From: Tubiluchus corallicola
Taxonomy: Eukaryota > Animalia > Priapulida
Reading direction: 5' to 3'
Length of the DNA: 64,000 bases
NCBI GenBank assembly: GCA_030141605.1
Contig: JAQGDQ010000677.1
Span: 50,470-114,469 of the forward strand
A program made the position numbers and the translations under genes. The notes beneath the pieces are model-generated. The model ran no database searches. It worked only from the letters and a program-made list of their open reading frames with translations, and was not told the DNA's origin. This document shows positions 34,524 to 48,494 of this stretch, one piece after another (position 1 is the stretch's first letter; the number at the start of each line of letters is the position of its first letter).

Positions 34524-35520
34524 ATATCTTCGTTTGCCCTAGAACACCCATTGGACTAGAAATTGGATGGCGGTGATACAGCATGTTGTTCAAGTACTGT
34601 GACGTCAGCGTTGCTGGCAGAGCACTCCACGGTGAAATGTGTGGAAATATGCTACTCGAATCTTGCCGTTGAAAAGCCACCTCGGGAGGACGCATCATCA
34701 GTCGAGGAACTGGTCTAGCTGGGGTATATGGATGGATGTCGTATGGGGAATGCCTAGAGAACGGGGCAACACTATCTCTCTTTTGGGGTTTCTTTGCGGC
34801 CAATGAATGCTTTCCTTTTAATGGATCTCTTGTCGGTAAGTTAGCCACAAAAGAATGGTCAACGGGACTTCGGTCAAACGTATTAGACAGTCCTTCACGC
34901 GTGCCATTTGACATGTTCAGTCGTTCTGACAATGTTTCTTTTATTTGATTAGACAGAGTTTTGGCTAAATAAAGAAAATGGTCTCTGCTTGCAAAATTGA
35001 CTCCTGGTGCTAGTTCATCAAGAAGTTTCATAGTGTTTTCAGTAGATCTTTCTTTAGTCAATGACCTAGGAGACGTCTCTGCTGAATTCGTTTCTTCCTT
35101 GCCTTTTGTTTCTACAAAATCTTTTTTCAAATCTTCAGCATCCTTGGTATTTCTAACAACGACAGTTTGTTCAACACCAGGACTTCCTCTTTTTGCAGCT
35201 ATTTCTTTCTGATCTGACTCATCGTCCACACATTTAGCGTCTTCACTCGTGACATTACTAACTCCGTTATCTCTTGGAGATGCGTTAGGTTCCTCGACGT
35301 TTTCAACATCAATATCTTCTTCCTCTGAGTCACTATTAAGGTCATTTGACGCAACGTCAACATCGCAATCGGCGTCTTTCTTTCTCTGAACATTTTCAGC
35401 GGTTGCATTTTTCACTTCTGTCCTGGATGAACCCTCCTGCGGGAGAAAAACCACCACAAGTTCCCTGTTTGCTGGCAGGTCTTTAAGAAGTACAAACTTT
35501 GGATCGTAATGCTCTTTAAC
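34524..35520 (-). CDS. PRDM-like gene, exon 3 (end of PR domain and long disordered region)
   Basis: ccag|GTT AAA GAG...ATA T|gtgagt; begins VKEHYDPKFVLLKDLPANRELVVVF (PR/SET C-terminal motif); 997 nt open. Confidence 0.9.
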
Positions 35521-35994
35521 CTGGCAATAGGAAGTGATTTATTAGATTAGAAGTATCACAAAAATAGCTGATAACAAAAGCAAAACGCAGCTGCTGACTT
35601 TCGGAACCGAAATGACGCCCAATTAGAAGTTAGAAGAGAAATAGCATAATATCAAAGAAGAGATTGAAAACCATGCTGTTACATGAGGGCGCCACGTGTT
35701 AATAGACTCAATATGTATATGTACAATTGTGCATATCTCATACTTTCTTTATGGTTTATTGCAAGTAGCTTAACCACTGCGTCATATTTGGTAAATTAAT
35801 CCACTATAATTCCAAACAGTTATGACAGAAAAACTATAGGACACGATTATATTTATGTGTTTTTTTGTGTCCTTGTTCAAATACAATTCTACATGCTCTG
35901 GCTTCTTTGTGCTCTTGTTCAAATACAATTCTACATGTCCTGGCTTCTTTTAGTTAGGAATCTTTTATACATTAATCACTTTGAGATTAGAATT

Positions 35995-37030
35995 TTTGAC
36001 TAAAGTTTACAATTCCCCACAAACAAGAAATTAATTCGTTAAGCGGATTAGGATTAGTGTTAGGATTAGAATTAGGGTTAGGGTTAGGATTAGGGTTAGG
36101 GTTAGGGTTAGGGTTAGGGTTAGGGTTAGTGTTAGGATTAGAATTAGGGTTAGTGTTAGGATTAGAATTAGGGTTTGGGTTAGGTTGAGGGTTGGGTTAG
36201 GGTTAGGATTAGAATTAGGGTTAGTGTTAGGATTAGAATTAGGGTTAGGGTTAGGTTGAGGGTTGGGTTAGGGTTAGGATTAGAATTAGGATTAGTGTTA
36301 GGATTAGAATTAGGGTTAGGGTTAGGGATAGGTTCAGGGTTGGGTTAGGGTTAGGATTAGAATTATGGTTTGGGATAGGGATAAGTTGAGGGTTGGGCTA
36401 CGGTTAGGATTATAATTAGGGTTTGGGTTAGGGATAGGTTCAGGGTTGGGTTAGGGTTAGGATTAGAATTAGGGTTAGGGTTAGGGATAGGTTGGGGGTT
36501 GGGTTAGGGTTAGGATTAGAATTAGGGTTTGGGTTAGGGATAGGTTGAGGGTTGGGTTAGGGTTAGGATTAGAATTAGGGTTTGGGTTAGGGATAGGTTG
36601 AGGGTTGGGTTATGGTTAGGATTAGAATTAGGGTTAGGGTTAGGGATAGGTTGAGGGTTGGGTTATGGTTAGGATTAGAATTATGGTTTGGGTTAGGGAT
36701 AGGTTGAGGGTTGGGTTATGGTTAGGATTAGAATTATGGTTTGGGTTAGGGTTAGGATTAGAATTAGGGTTTGGGTTAGGGATAGGATGAGGGTTGGGTT
36801 AGGGTTAGGATTAGAATTAGGGTTTGGGTTAGGGATAGGTTGAGGGTTGGGTTAGGGTTAGGATTAGAATTAGGGTTTGGGTTAGGGATAGGTTGGGGGT
36901 TGGGTTAGGGTTAGGATTAGAATTAGGGTTTGGGTTAAGGATAGGTTGAGGGTTGGGTTAGGATTAGCACCAGGGTTAGGATTAAGTTAGAGTTAGAGAA
37001 TTTAAATTGTGTGGGGAATTCTAAACTCCT
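35995..37030 (+). mobile_element. IR-bounded element with expanded ~900-bp telomere-like array
   Basis: TAAAGTTTACAATTCCCCAC...GTGGGGAATTCTAAACTCC enclosing (TTAGGG)n and a 53-bp higher-order variant repeat. Confidence 0.85.
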
Positions 37031-37274
37031 ATTTTTATTTGGGCTAGTATACGTTACCTGTCTTGCATTAATAATCAAAAATAGAAAAAAATAATATATA
37101 AATAATGATTGGTTTTGCGTATAATGAAGTTAACAGAAGAAATTTTGCAGAATCGAGTTAATTGTTTTTTATTAATAAGAGCAGCAAACAAAACGGATGC
37201 AGGTGATCCAGTTGTGCATGATGTTCAGTGGGTTGAAGTTGCTTGTTAAGATAAACAAGGTTAATGAAACTCAC

Positions 37275-37397
37275 TCCTATAACGTTGGCAGAGGAGGGAT
37301 CTTCAGTGCACTTGACGAATCTCAACCAATTACAGTGTCTAATCTGCTCATGTCCGTCTTGCTTTATCTCATCGTAGCAACCATAATCTCGTTTTAC
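37275..37397 (-). CDS. PRDM-like gene, exon 2 (PR domain core); absent from the ORF track
   Basis: tttcag|GTA AAA...ATA GGA|gtgagt; VKRDYGCYDEIKQDGHEQIRHCNWLRFVKCTEDPSSANVIG contains the PR signature NW(M/L)R(Y/F)V; phase 0/0. Confidence 0.9.
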
Positions 37398-37575
37398 CTG
37401 AAAATAAATTAGTTTGAATAAGAAAACCTGAAGCTTTTATAGGCTGATTATTTAACAGCTAACAGAATCTATTGTCAGGTTTTATCACATTTACAAGTGA
37501 TGCTTCTGCAAACATTCACGTACCCTTTAATTATACGTTGATTAGAATAGAAGTGCTATTAGGGCATATATATTT

Positions 37576-37695
37576 GATGATGATGATGATGATGACGATT
37601 AGGAGGAGGAGGAGGATTGTGACGGCGACGCTGACGACGACGACGATGATGATGATGATAATGACGATGACGACGACGACGACGACGACGACGAC

Positions 37696-37736
<41 letters not shown>

Positions 37737-37908
37737 CGACGATTACGGGAGGCGGAGAATTGCGACGGCGACGCTGACGACGACGACGATGATGATGATA
37801 ATAATAATGATGATGATGATGATGATGACGATGATAATGATAATGATGATGATGACGATTAGAAGGAGGAGGAGGATGGTGGCGGCGACGCTGACGATGA
37901 TGATGATA
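37576..37908. repeat. Compound (GAT)/(GAC)/(GAG) microsatellite
   Basis: Directly visible. Confidence 0.95.
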
Positions 37909-39517
37909 AAAAATTAAGATGATAATCACACAATACACGCTTATCACATTTTCATATGCCCTATACGTTACAACATAACTATATAATCGACACATGTTCT
38001 TCTCTTAATAACACGCTTGCACACGCAAAGCAGGCGCTATTAAAATTACAAAGTTCATATCTGAATGTTGATAAGTTCATAAACCATCATTGTTGCCGTT
38101 TAATCCATAACGTACTGAACAATGTCAACGTTTTATAGTTTTATTACGTGGTTTATCTAAAGACAGCCCGCACCCAATTACATCAAGCGCCTAAAGTTTG
38201 AATTTTTAACTCGGCTTCGCATTGCTCGAGTCACCTGCTGGGAGACACGAATGCGAATTTTGGGTTGACTGAAAACACCGCCGCCGCAGCAGCATAGGTG
38301 GAGCAGGTGTTACATAAAAAAGCACAGAGTCGAATGACAAAACTCAACTCTTTCACTACCCCCCCCCCCCCCGGGAGCTGCACGACATCGAATGCATGAT
38401 TATAAAATTACGAGCTCGCACCTGGTCTACGAAATTGGTTTTAAATCTTGTAAATAACATGGCAGCAAGCGTTATGGCGTATAACAAGCACACAGTTCGT
38501 AAATCATTGTCTTGGGTCGTTGCTCGTGACACAGAAATTTTAATGGCAGGATTTTTCAAATTATCACAACTCCGCTAAATAACTGTGTGCAAATTGCCCA
38601 ATAAAGTAGTTTAACACGCATTCAGTAAAATCGTACGAAAAACTCAAGTCACTAAAATTTTCAACTCAATTATTCCAAATGAATTGCGTTGCGTAATTTT
38701 CTACCGCGATGCTTAAATTAAGTATTTTATTATATCCTCATATTCGGTTTCAGTGCAGCAGTAGGTTTGACGCCATTTTAACACAAACGTAAATTCGATG
38801 CTGCAACTGGATGTTTTAACTTTTGAAATCAAAATCCAAATAAGGCAGAAGAAAATTGTGAACTATGAACTATGAACTATGAATTTTATTTCACACATCA
38901 AAATACAATATTGTACACATAAATAAACAATAAATAAAATGATTTGAGTAGTGTGAGGTGAGTGTACGATCATACGGTCATTAACACACTCACCTTACTT
39001 AAATGAAAATGAAAAAATTATTAAAGTTATGCGTGCTTTTGTAGATGACTTAATGAAATTGATGTAATAAAGTAAATGATGTAATAATAGCAAGGAAACA
39101 TAAGGAAAACATAATATGTAATTACGATTTTGATATAGGCTGCGATGAATGAATAATTTGATTTAAATAGATTTATACCTTTTACTAATAAATTAACAAA
39201 GATCGTAAAGATACCTATTAGTAAAAGAAAAACATTAGTGCAAAAAGACACACGTGCACAAAAGGAGAAAAAACCTCTGGTTTTCTACGCCAATGAATAT
39301 TTACTAAGCAAAAATATCTTATATTGTTTGGTAGCTATTTGTAAAGGAGAGGAAATGATTGTATTGGGTACACTATTCAAGAGTATTCACAATTTATCCC
39401 TAAACTGTTAGAAAATGTTAGAGAAATAAAAAACAAAATGTCAACAAAATTGAAAGTGCCAGAAAGTTCTAATTAGAAAATATATCAAACAGTTAGAAAG
39501 ACAGTCAAAAACTTGAA

Positions 39518-40410
39518 AGGACAAGAAACTCTTCATAAATAAACCCTAAAAAATTGTTTTGGAATTTTGTATCACTTACATGCTGTCTTATTACATACAG
39601 GACTTGCGTATGCAGGAACGCTGTATAAAACTTAATAAAGCTGTATAAATTTAAACTCCCGCGGTAGGTCGTTTGAAACAAGTTTAGATAACATTGCGTA
39701 AAATTTGAAAAAATAATCAGAGCATTTGTAGCAGACACTTCATTAACTAAGCAAATTAATAATAATAATAATAAAATAAAAATAAAACTTTAAATTGTCA
39801 GTAACATCGATAATATGTTTTTGCTGAATCAGTGGTGCACACTGGGATGGTGATGCAGTGCTGTTGGTGAATCAGTGGTGCACACTGGGATGGTGATGCA
39901 GTTCTGTTGGTGAATCAGTGGTGCACACTGGTATGGTGATGCAGTGCTGTTGGTGAATCAGTAGTGCACACTGGGATGGCGATGCAGTGCTGTTGGTGAA
40001 TCAGTAGTGCACACTGGGATGGCGATGCAGTTCTGTTGGTGAATCAGTAGTGCACACTGGGATGGCGAGGCAGTTCTGTTGGTGAATCAGTAGTGCACAC
40101 TGGTAATGGCGATGCAGTTCTGTTGGTGAATCAGTAGTGCACACTGGGATGGCGATGCAGTTCTGTTGGTGAATCAGTAGTGCACACTGGGATGACGAAG
40201 CAGTTCTGTTGGTGAATCAGTAGTGCACACTGGGATGGCGAGGCAGTGACGTTTTAACGGGTGGCGCGAATATTTAAATTTTTCAGAATTTTCTTTTCTA
40301 ATTGCATAAATTTTTTAAACAGGCAAGCGTAATCAACGCAACGCTGAGTAATATAAGTTTTGTATGGAAATTTCTTTCAGAGATATTTCAAAATTGCCTT
40401 TTCTTGCACG
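39518..40410. mobile_element. K1-related Kolobok MITE containing a 43-bp x10 minisatellite (39826-40250)
   Basis: AGGACAAGAAA start, CTTTTCTTGCACG-TTAA end; body aligns with 3354-3840. Confidence 0.75.
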
Positions 40411-40740
40411 TTAAAACACTTGTGTTCTTAGAACAGTCATTTAGGGCAGAATTAGGTGCAGAAACTCTCATACTATTATTAAACTCGCATGTCATTTCTT
40501 GCATACAAATAATATAACATTCTCTAACGAAGTTTGAGATTGTATGCGAAATTGCAACGCAGCAACGTGCACTGCATATAGACGTGCAATAGCTTGCAAA
40601 AAATAAATGGCGTAAGATGTGGACACCGGGATTTTTGGGATTACAAAAATGCTGACACTGGAAGTTCTCCGACGTAAACTTCTTCGCATGACACTGTATA
40701 AGTATACTGTGCTAGTAATCCAATGAACCAAATGCGTGTG

Positions 40741-41304
40741 TTAAAGGAAAGAACAAGTCACTCAGCATGTTGGATTTATTTTATTGTTATCACTTAAACT
40801 GTTTGTGGTGTGCTAAAGGAAAGAAAAAGCCGCTTAGTATGTTAGATTTATATTACTGTTACCACTTAAACTGTTTATGGTGTGTTAAAGGAAAGAAAAA
40901 GCCACTAAGTATGTTAGATTTATATTACTGTTATCACTTAAACTGTTTATGGTGTGTTAAAGGAAAGAAAAAGCCACTAAGTATGTTAGATTTATATTAC
41001 TGTTATCACTTAAACTGTTTATGGTGTGTTAAAGGAAAGAAAAAGCCACTAAGTATGTTAGATTTATATTACTGTTATCACTTAAACTGTTTATGGTGTG
41101 TTAAAGGAAAGAAAAAGCCACTAAGTATGTTAGATTTATATTACTGTTATCACTTAAACTGTTTATGGTGTGTTAAAGGAAAGAAAAAGCCACTAAGTAT
41201 GTTAGATTTATATTACTGTTATCACTTAAACTGTTTATGGTGTGTTAAAGGAAAGAAAAAGCTACTCAGTATGTTCGATTTATTTTATTGTTATCACTTA
41301 AACT
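40741..41304. repeat. 72-bp tandem repeat x8 covering a transposon terminus
   Basis: Unit TTAAAGGAAAGAAAAAGCCACTAAGTATGTTAGATTTATATTACTGTTATCACTTAAACTGTTTATGGTGTG. Confidence 0.95.
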
Positions 41305-41762
41305 CAGAAAAATGTAACAAAAGATTTGCAAAGAAAGCATTTTTTAAGATATGCTACCTCTGAACAGAAATTTTCAGGCTTGGCGGTTGCTGTCAGTCAC
41401 TTGAAAATCATGACGTCATGGGGAGACTTCGAGACTTTTCGTAAGTCTGTCATGGCTTTCCGTAAGTGCGCGCTGCTTAAACCTATACAAATTCTGCAGC
41501 TTACCTAATGTTCTTGGAAAAATATTACGAAATTAACCATGTGATTTTTTTGTAAAAACTTATTATATTTTTGATGAAAGACTTTCATCAAGACGAATGA
41601 CGTCATGAGAAGAAGAATGGGCATTGGAAATAACAGCGACCAAGCATGAAGTGATTTTACTAATTACACGAGGCGCTTATTGCAGTTTTATTACTAAACC
41701 CTTCTAACATTTTTCGGGAACATTGAAATAAGTCTAACCTCCTAGAAGAGTTGACGTTTCCT
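40745..41762. mobile_element. Kolobok-type MITE family K3
   Basis: TTAA-AGGAAAGAACAAG...TTGACGTTTCCT-TTAA; homologous to 53860-54408. Confidence 0.72.
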
Positions 41763-42509
41763 TTAATCAACGCACAAAATACCATAAGAGCGCGCTAAGT
41801 TTACTAGTCAGAAATGCGAAATATTTTAACAAAACCTTTCCTCGATTAACTACAGCACAGCCTCCGCAACAACCATCATTTTTCAAACTCCCATCTTTAA
41901 CTCTGCCTCTCTGCCAGACATCCCTAGGCGCTGGCCTTGGAAAAACGGACAAAATGGGGTGTTTTGTGTAACTCTTCCATCCGCCGTCTGAGTTGCTCAT
42001 CATTTTTACCTGTGATATACCTGTCATTTTAGTCTGAGAGGCTGTGCCTGCGCACCTAATTAGAGACGCTCCAACTGAATTGACTTCCCTAGTTTGGCCT
42101 GTAGGCATGACGCGAAGAGAAAAAAGAGTTAGATATTTCGAGCAGTTTCGAGGACTTTTGAAATCCACTTCAGGCACATCACACTAATCGTCTTCACGCA
42201 AAACTCTTGCTTTCAAGTTTTTGTATTTAAAATTTGACATGAAAAGTCGAAGCACGTGTACAACGCGTGGGTTTTGTTTGAGGGAAACACTCGATGTTAA
42301 AGAGGTTCTATTGTATACAAGGTACCACAACAGGTGCTTATAAAAAGTCGGACTTGGCCGACCACCCATCGTTGGTTGTCAGTTTGTTTGACAGTTTATG
42401 CTGGGGACGTTATCAAACCTCTTTCACTTCGATCTGCGCTTTTTAGTGAAAGTTCGGCGCAATATCATTGACAAACCATGTGTAATCATACCCCCTCCTG
42501 TCACACGTT

Positions 42510-42568
<59 letters not shown>

Positions 42569-42638
42569 TTCTCTCTCCCTCTGTCTCTCTCTTTCTCTCT
42601 CTCCCTTTCTCTGTCTCTCTTTTCTCTCTTTTCTCTCT

Positions 42639-42689
<51 letters not shown>

Positions 42690-42727
42690 GCTCTCGCTAT
42701 CTCTCCCTCTCTCTCTCTCTTTCTCTG

Positions 42728-42778
<51 letters not shown>

Positions 42779-42857
42779 CTCTTTCTCTCTCCCTCTGTCT
42801 CTCTCTTTCTCTCTCTCTCTCTTTCTCTGTCTCTCTTTTCTCTCTTTCCTCTTTCTT

Positions 42858-42931
<74 letters not shown>
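42510..42931. repeat. (CT)n microsatellite
   Basis: Directly visible. Confidence 0.97.
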
Positions 42932-42934
<3 letters not shown>

Positions 42935-43764
42935 ATATAACCTACAAGTAACCTATAACTTTTTACAAAAAAAACTAAATAAATTTAATATTTTTATACT
43001 GATGAAGGAAGTCCTAACTATTATGAGGTGAGATGTTTCAGATTGAGACATTTTCAATCATAATGCGCCTAGTTCTTTTATATACCGAGATTAAGTTTTC
43101 ACACACCCCCAACAATCCAGCTTCTCGAGTTCACTTACTCACCTTTATACAGGTTTACGTTTGTGCAAAATTTACATATACAATGCTGTTCTATTAATAC
43201 TTCACGTGATGGATTAAACACTGCGGGAAACTGTAATCATCCTCATCACCTTTACTAAATGCAGAACACAGTTGTCAGCATCCCGTCAGAACCAAGTTTA
43301 ACTTTCCTTGTTTTTGATTACATTTTAATTTCAGGCGTAAAATAACGCAGAGGATATTCTGCCACGTTGAACCCCCCGTTCTGGATCCGCTATAAAACGT
43401 TTTTTTCTAAAGCGATAGTGGAAAGGGTTAAGAGCGCGACGATATTGGTTTACTTATTGCACAAACTTGAGCTTGGCGTTTCATAAATACTTAATCAGTC
43501 AAATCTGGTCAGGTACTTATTGTAGATTTTCTTTAATATGTGGGTCGTACATTATGGCTACATTGAGATTATGAGACCGGATTTCACCAACGTAAAGCGA
43601 ATCACAAAAAACCTCACATAGAATTTTCGGTTAGTTTATAAGCGCAGGTGTTAATCTGAGTAACCCTTTCCTTACCTGACATTACGGTTTGGACGAGGTA
43701 AGCATACGGTTTAAGAAAAGTTTTATCGAAGCGCATTGTTGAAGAATTTTTACTATGTAGTTTA

Positions 43765-44003
43765 TTTATATTTTTGTTGAAAACAATGCTGGCCACTGTA
43801 GAAGCATTGTTTAATCATTTGGGCTGTGCAGTTAGATGTATTTTTGTTGAAAACAATGCTGACCATTGAAGAAACATTTTGTTAAACCACGTTTGCAATG
43901 CAGTTAGTTGTATTTTTGTGTGTAAACAATGCTGACCATTGTAGAAGCATGTTGAAACATTTTCGCATTGCACTTTGCTATATTTTTGTTGAAAACAATG
44001 CTA
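43765..44003. repeat. Old degenerate ~71-bp tandem repeat (3-4 copies)
   Basis: TATTTTTGTTGAAAACAATGCT recurs at about 43770, 43840, 43911 and 43981. Confidence 0.75.
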
Positions 44004-44505
44004 GTTAGTTCGTTAGTTTATCTATCGAAGTTAAGATGAATCGATTAACTGCAGAAATTTAAATAACACACGTGGCAAAAATAATTGGTTTCCTTTTTAA
44101 GGAGAAGTTCGTTATCAAATTGGAAAAATGGATACGAATTTTCCATTTTATGTGCATTTCTAAACAAAAACTGATTTTAAGAGTTAGTCAACAGCCACAT
44201 GGGGGTACATTTAAAAATTGTTTTGCTAACCAAAAAAGTGTTTTAATAAAAATAGTGCAAATGGACGGGAACAACTATAATGTAAGTTTGTTGAGAAGAC
44301 TTAAAAAATTGTTTCACTAGCGCTTATAGTATAGGTACTTCTTCCCCTCCCCCCTCCCCCCCCCCCAAAAAAAAAAATCTGTCGCTGTTACAAAATGAAA
44401 AAACTCTCATAATAAAAAGACTCACTGTAAGTGAAAAGTATAAGGTAAAATTTGCCCTTTTTTGCAACGTAAAATCTCGCAACGTCTTTTTTTCAGTAAA
44501 AATCG

Positions 44506-45209
44506 TGCATGTGTGTTGACTGTATGTGTGTTGACTGCATGTGTGTTGACTGTATGTGTGTTGACTGCATGTGTGTTGACTGCATGTGTGTTGACTGCAT
44601 GTGTGTTGACTGTATGTGTGTTGACTGCATGTGTGTTGACTGTATGTGTGTTGACTGTATGTGTGTTGACTGCATGTCTGTTGACTGTATGTCTGTTGAC
44701 TGCATGTGTGTTGACTGTATGTGTGTTGACTGTATGTGTGTTGACTGCATGTCTGTTGACTGTATGTCTGTTGACTGCGTCTGTTGATGATGTCTGTTGA
44801 CTGCGTGTGTGTTGACTGCATGTCTGTTGACTGTATGTGTGTTGACTGTATGTGTGTTGACTGCATGTCTGTTGATTGTACGTCTGTTGACTGCATGTCT
44901 GTTGACTGCATGTCTGTTGACTGTATGTCTGTTGACTGCATGTGTGTTGACTGCATGTGTGTTGACTGCATGTGTGTTGACTGCATGTGTGTTGACTGCA
45001 TGTCTGTTGACTGCATGTCTGTTGACTGCATGTGTGTTGACTGCATGTGTGTTGACTGCATGTCTGTTGACTGTATGTCTGTTGACTGCATGTCTGTTGA
45101 CTGCATGGCTGTTGACTGCATGTCTGTTGACTGCATGTCTGTTGACTGCATGTCTGTTGACTGCATGTCTGTTGACTGCATGTCTGTTGACTGCATGTCT
45201 GTTGACTGT
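44506..45209. repeat. 15-bp minisatellite TGT(G/C)TGTTGACTG(C/T)A
   Basis: About 46 copies, directly visible. Confidence 0.97.
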
Positions 45210-46056
45210 GTTTGCGGTGTAGTGGGACAGGGTGTTACATGACTTTCACCTCCATAGGAGTATTTTAGAGAATTTATTGTAATATATTTCTGAAAAAATT
45301 TAAATTGTTTTTATAAGTAACTTTCAATTATTTTATGTCACGTGACTGTATTGCACCTCGTAAATTTAAATTGTCCTTTTTGACTGAATAAATAAAAATA
45401 ATTAATAAATAAATAACCCCCCCCCTCTTTTGTTATTAAGGATCGGAAAGGTTAAATACAATGGACTATTTTACCTTTGTTCGCAAAGGACATTTGCCCT
45501 CTAATTAGCAAAGAAAAATGGATTAATTAGCACCCCCCTCATTACACCTCCCGAACACACTGTACCTCTTACAAAAATCATTTACCCCCCCCCCACCTGC
45601 TGTCTTGGGGGTGAACATTCAACACCAGCGGTCAAATTACTTCAACAACCTCCAAGTTTGGGGTATCGTGTTTCCATTCTGAAAGCGCAGGGCATGTTTA
45701 CAGGGGCCCTGACTGGTCATTTTCACTTGCACGACTTACCTAATGTAACAAAAGCCCACGAGAGACGTCTAATTTGTAACTCGATCAGGCTAAATTATGT
45801 AATTATGTCTTGCTGATTGCTTTAAATTCTAAGCTACAATGTATTATTGCTGTAAATCAAGGACTGGGACAACATGTGAAGATTAAAGAGGATGAAAAGG
45901 TGATTTTATAGGTCGTCCCAGAAAACTTCACGTAGAAAGTTGTAGGTTTTTACCTGCTTGAAATACTCACGGGCTACGTTTGTCATGTGTTGGCAGGTGT
46001 TTAGTTTAGTGCCTATTTTTGTGAAAGTTGAATTTATTTGGTGTTTTAGCAATAAA

Positions 46057-46361
<305 letters not shown>

Positions 46362-46735
46362 AGGAAGAAATTTCTAGTAATTCAAAATTCTCGCTTCAGC
46401 TGGTAAAATGTCACTGACTCCCAGTGGCACCCCTGGCTCACCAAGAAACTTATTTTAATCTTATTGACAAGACAATGTAATTTAAACTTTTGCTTAGTTA
46501 GCGAAGAGGGCGCTACAAATGCTCTGATTATTTTCTCAAACTTTGCGCAATCTAAACTTGCTTCAAATGACTCATCGTCAAAATGGCTGCGCCTAACGGT
46601 CATCGCGGCATTTTAAACTTACATAGCGTTGCTGACAACACAAGCTCTGCATGCAATAAAACAGTATGTAAGCGGTACAAAATTTCAAGATAAACTTTTT
46701 ATTTTTATTTAAGTAAAGGGCTTTCTTGTGCTTAA
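46362..46735. mobile_element. Partial K1-family Kolobok MITE
   Basis: Aligns with 53460-53855 (ggtaaaatgtcactgactc...caaaatggctgcgcctaacggtcatcgcgg...ttcttgtgct). Confidence 0.7.
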
Positions 46736-48199
46736 ACAGGAATTCTACAACCCTGTGAAGTATATAAGATTATCCATTCAATCTTAAATGTAGATACTAT
46801 TTTCATCCTATTTTTGTTTACATTTACAGTTTATGAAGGAAATAAGAAAATTATTTTTTGTAAAAAACCATTAAGCTAACGAATTCAACAACGTTTTTTA
46901 TGAACGTTCTCTCACAAGCTATCACAAACATAAAACGGTTTTTCTTGTAAAGCAACACGCAATATTTCCGGCGTGGTTTTCTAACTCGCCCCGGGTGGAG
47001 GAGAAACCATGTTCCCCCACCCGCACTTCCGGCCTGCAACATGGGGCCGTCTCACGCACTCCCACACGGCTCATCCGTGAGCTGCATGAATATCATAAAT
47101 AATAAAATCATAAACTCATTTCTGTTGACTTCTCGTAAAACAACTATACCTCACATTAACTTGTAGTAAAGTTTATTATTCAAGGGTGTCTACACGCTTT
47201 ATAGAACAGCCTGAAGCGAAACAAAAGCTAAATCTTTTTAAATTAAACGCATTTTGTTAAAACCTGCAAAAAGTAACTTTCATGTTCAAATCGTGTGCGT
47301 ATTAATTTTGCGCATGCGCCGTATGGTGCAGCTCTTTCCGATACAACTACGCTTTTTAAAGGTTGCTCACAATTCCTAGGCATTTTGCAGACTCTTCAAC
47401 ATTTTGGGAAGATGCGGCATAAGTGAAAAGTTAATACAATAACTAATTACCAGATGTTACTTCTTCCAGAAAGTTCGTCTTGTCGTGTTTCGATCAAAGA
47501 AAGTAACTTAAAAGTTGTATGTGTGAGTCAGAGAAAAGTAATCGTTCTTAATTTTCATCGATCACGTGACATGAGCACCAGTTTCATAATTTATGATCCA
47601 TGCATGATTTTTTTATTTTGAGTTTATTAAAGGTTTTTGAGTTAAGAGAATGCAGTACAAAAGATCGTAAAATAATACATATGAACATTGAACATATTGA
47701 AACATTGAACATTGAAACATTGAACATTGAAACATTGAACATATTGAAACATTGAACATTGAAACATTGAACATTGAACATACATATATATGTCCTTCTA
47801 GTAGAAGATGATACTGAATTATCAACTGCGCTACTGTATCTGTTATAAGCTATGTGATAAAGTTACAGGAAAAAAATTCCCGGAAAAGATCACAGTTTTG
47901 GCTAAGGAAAAAGTCACAAAAATTTTTGGCTAGGGTTAAGGTTAGTGTTAGAGTTACAGCAAGGATTACTTCTTTTTTCTCTCTCTTTTTTCCTGTAACT
48001 TCTTTTCTCTTGATTCACGGTATGTATAGTGCAGAGAGTTCTAGTTGTTGATATTCACTTGAAACATTGGAACAGATGTAACTCTAAACATGGCTATTTA
48101 TTCTCTAAAACAGAGGTTATCATTTGTAAAAATTACGCCTAGTTGCTTAATTTCACAGAGCTAAAAGCGCTTCCAAAAAATCTAAGCTTTCTAAAAATC

Positions 48200-48460
48200 T
48201 ACGACAACATACACACTAATTCAGAATTCATATACCCACGACCATATTAATTAAATCATAGTTTTTTTCATTTTTTGTGCATAGTTGTAAATACGTTTGA
48301 TTTTATTCGTCGTTACTTTCCCTTACTGCACAGTAGTTTAGATTGCACTGACGCATTTGCCTTTAGCAGTGTAAGTTTTTATTAACTAACACTGATTGAT
48401 TATCTCTGTAAAGTTTTTATCAGTGATTATCAACGTATTTTAATGGCAAATAAAGATTAT
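48200..48460 (+). mobile_element. LINE 3' end fragment
   Basis: Near-identical to 27523-27785. Confidence 0.85.

Positions 48461-48494
<34 letters not shown>

Noticed and set aside
36050-36990. True telomere or chromosome-fusion scar
   Set aside because: Single orientation, degenerate, inside an intron, and bounded by IR ends shared with two other dispersed copies.
40767-41363. 198-aa Cys/His-rich repeat protein
   Set aside because: It is the 72-bp (3n) tandem repeat of a MITE end within an intron.
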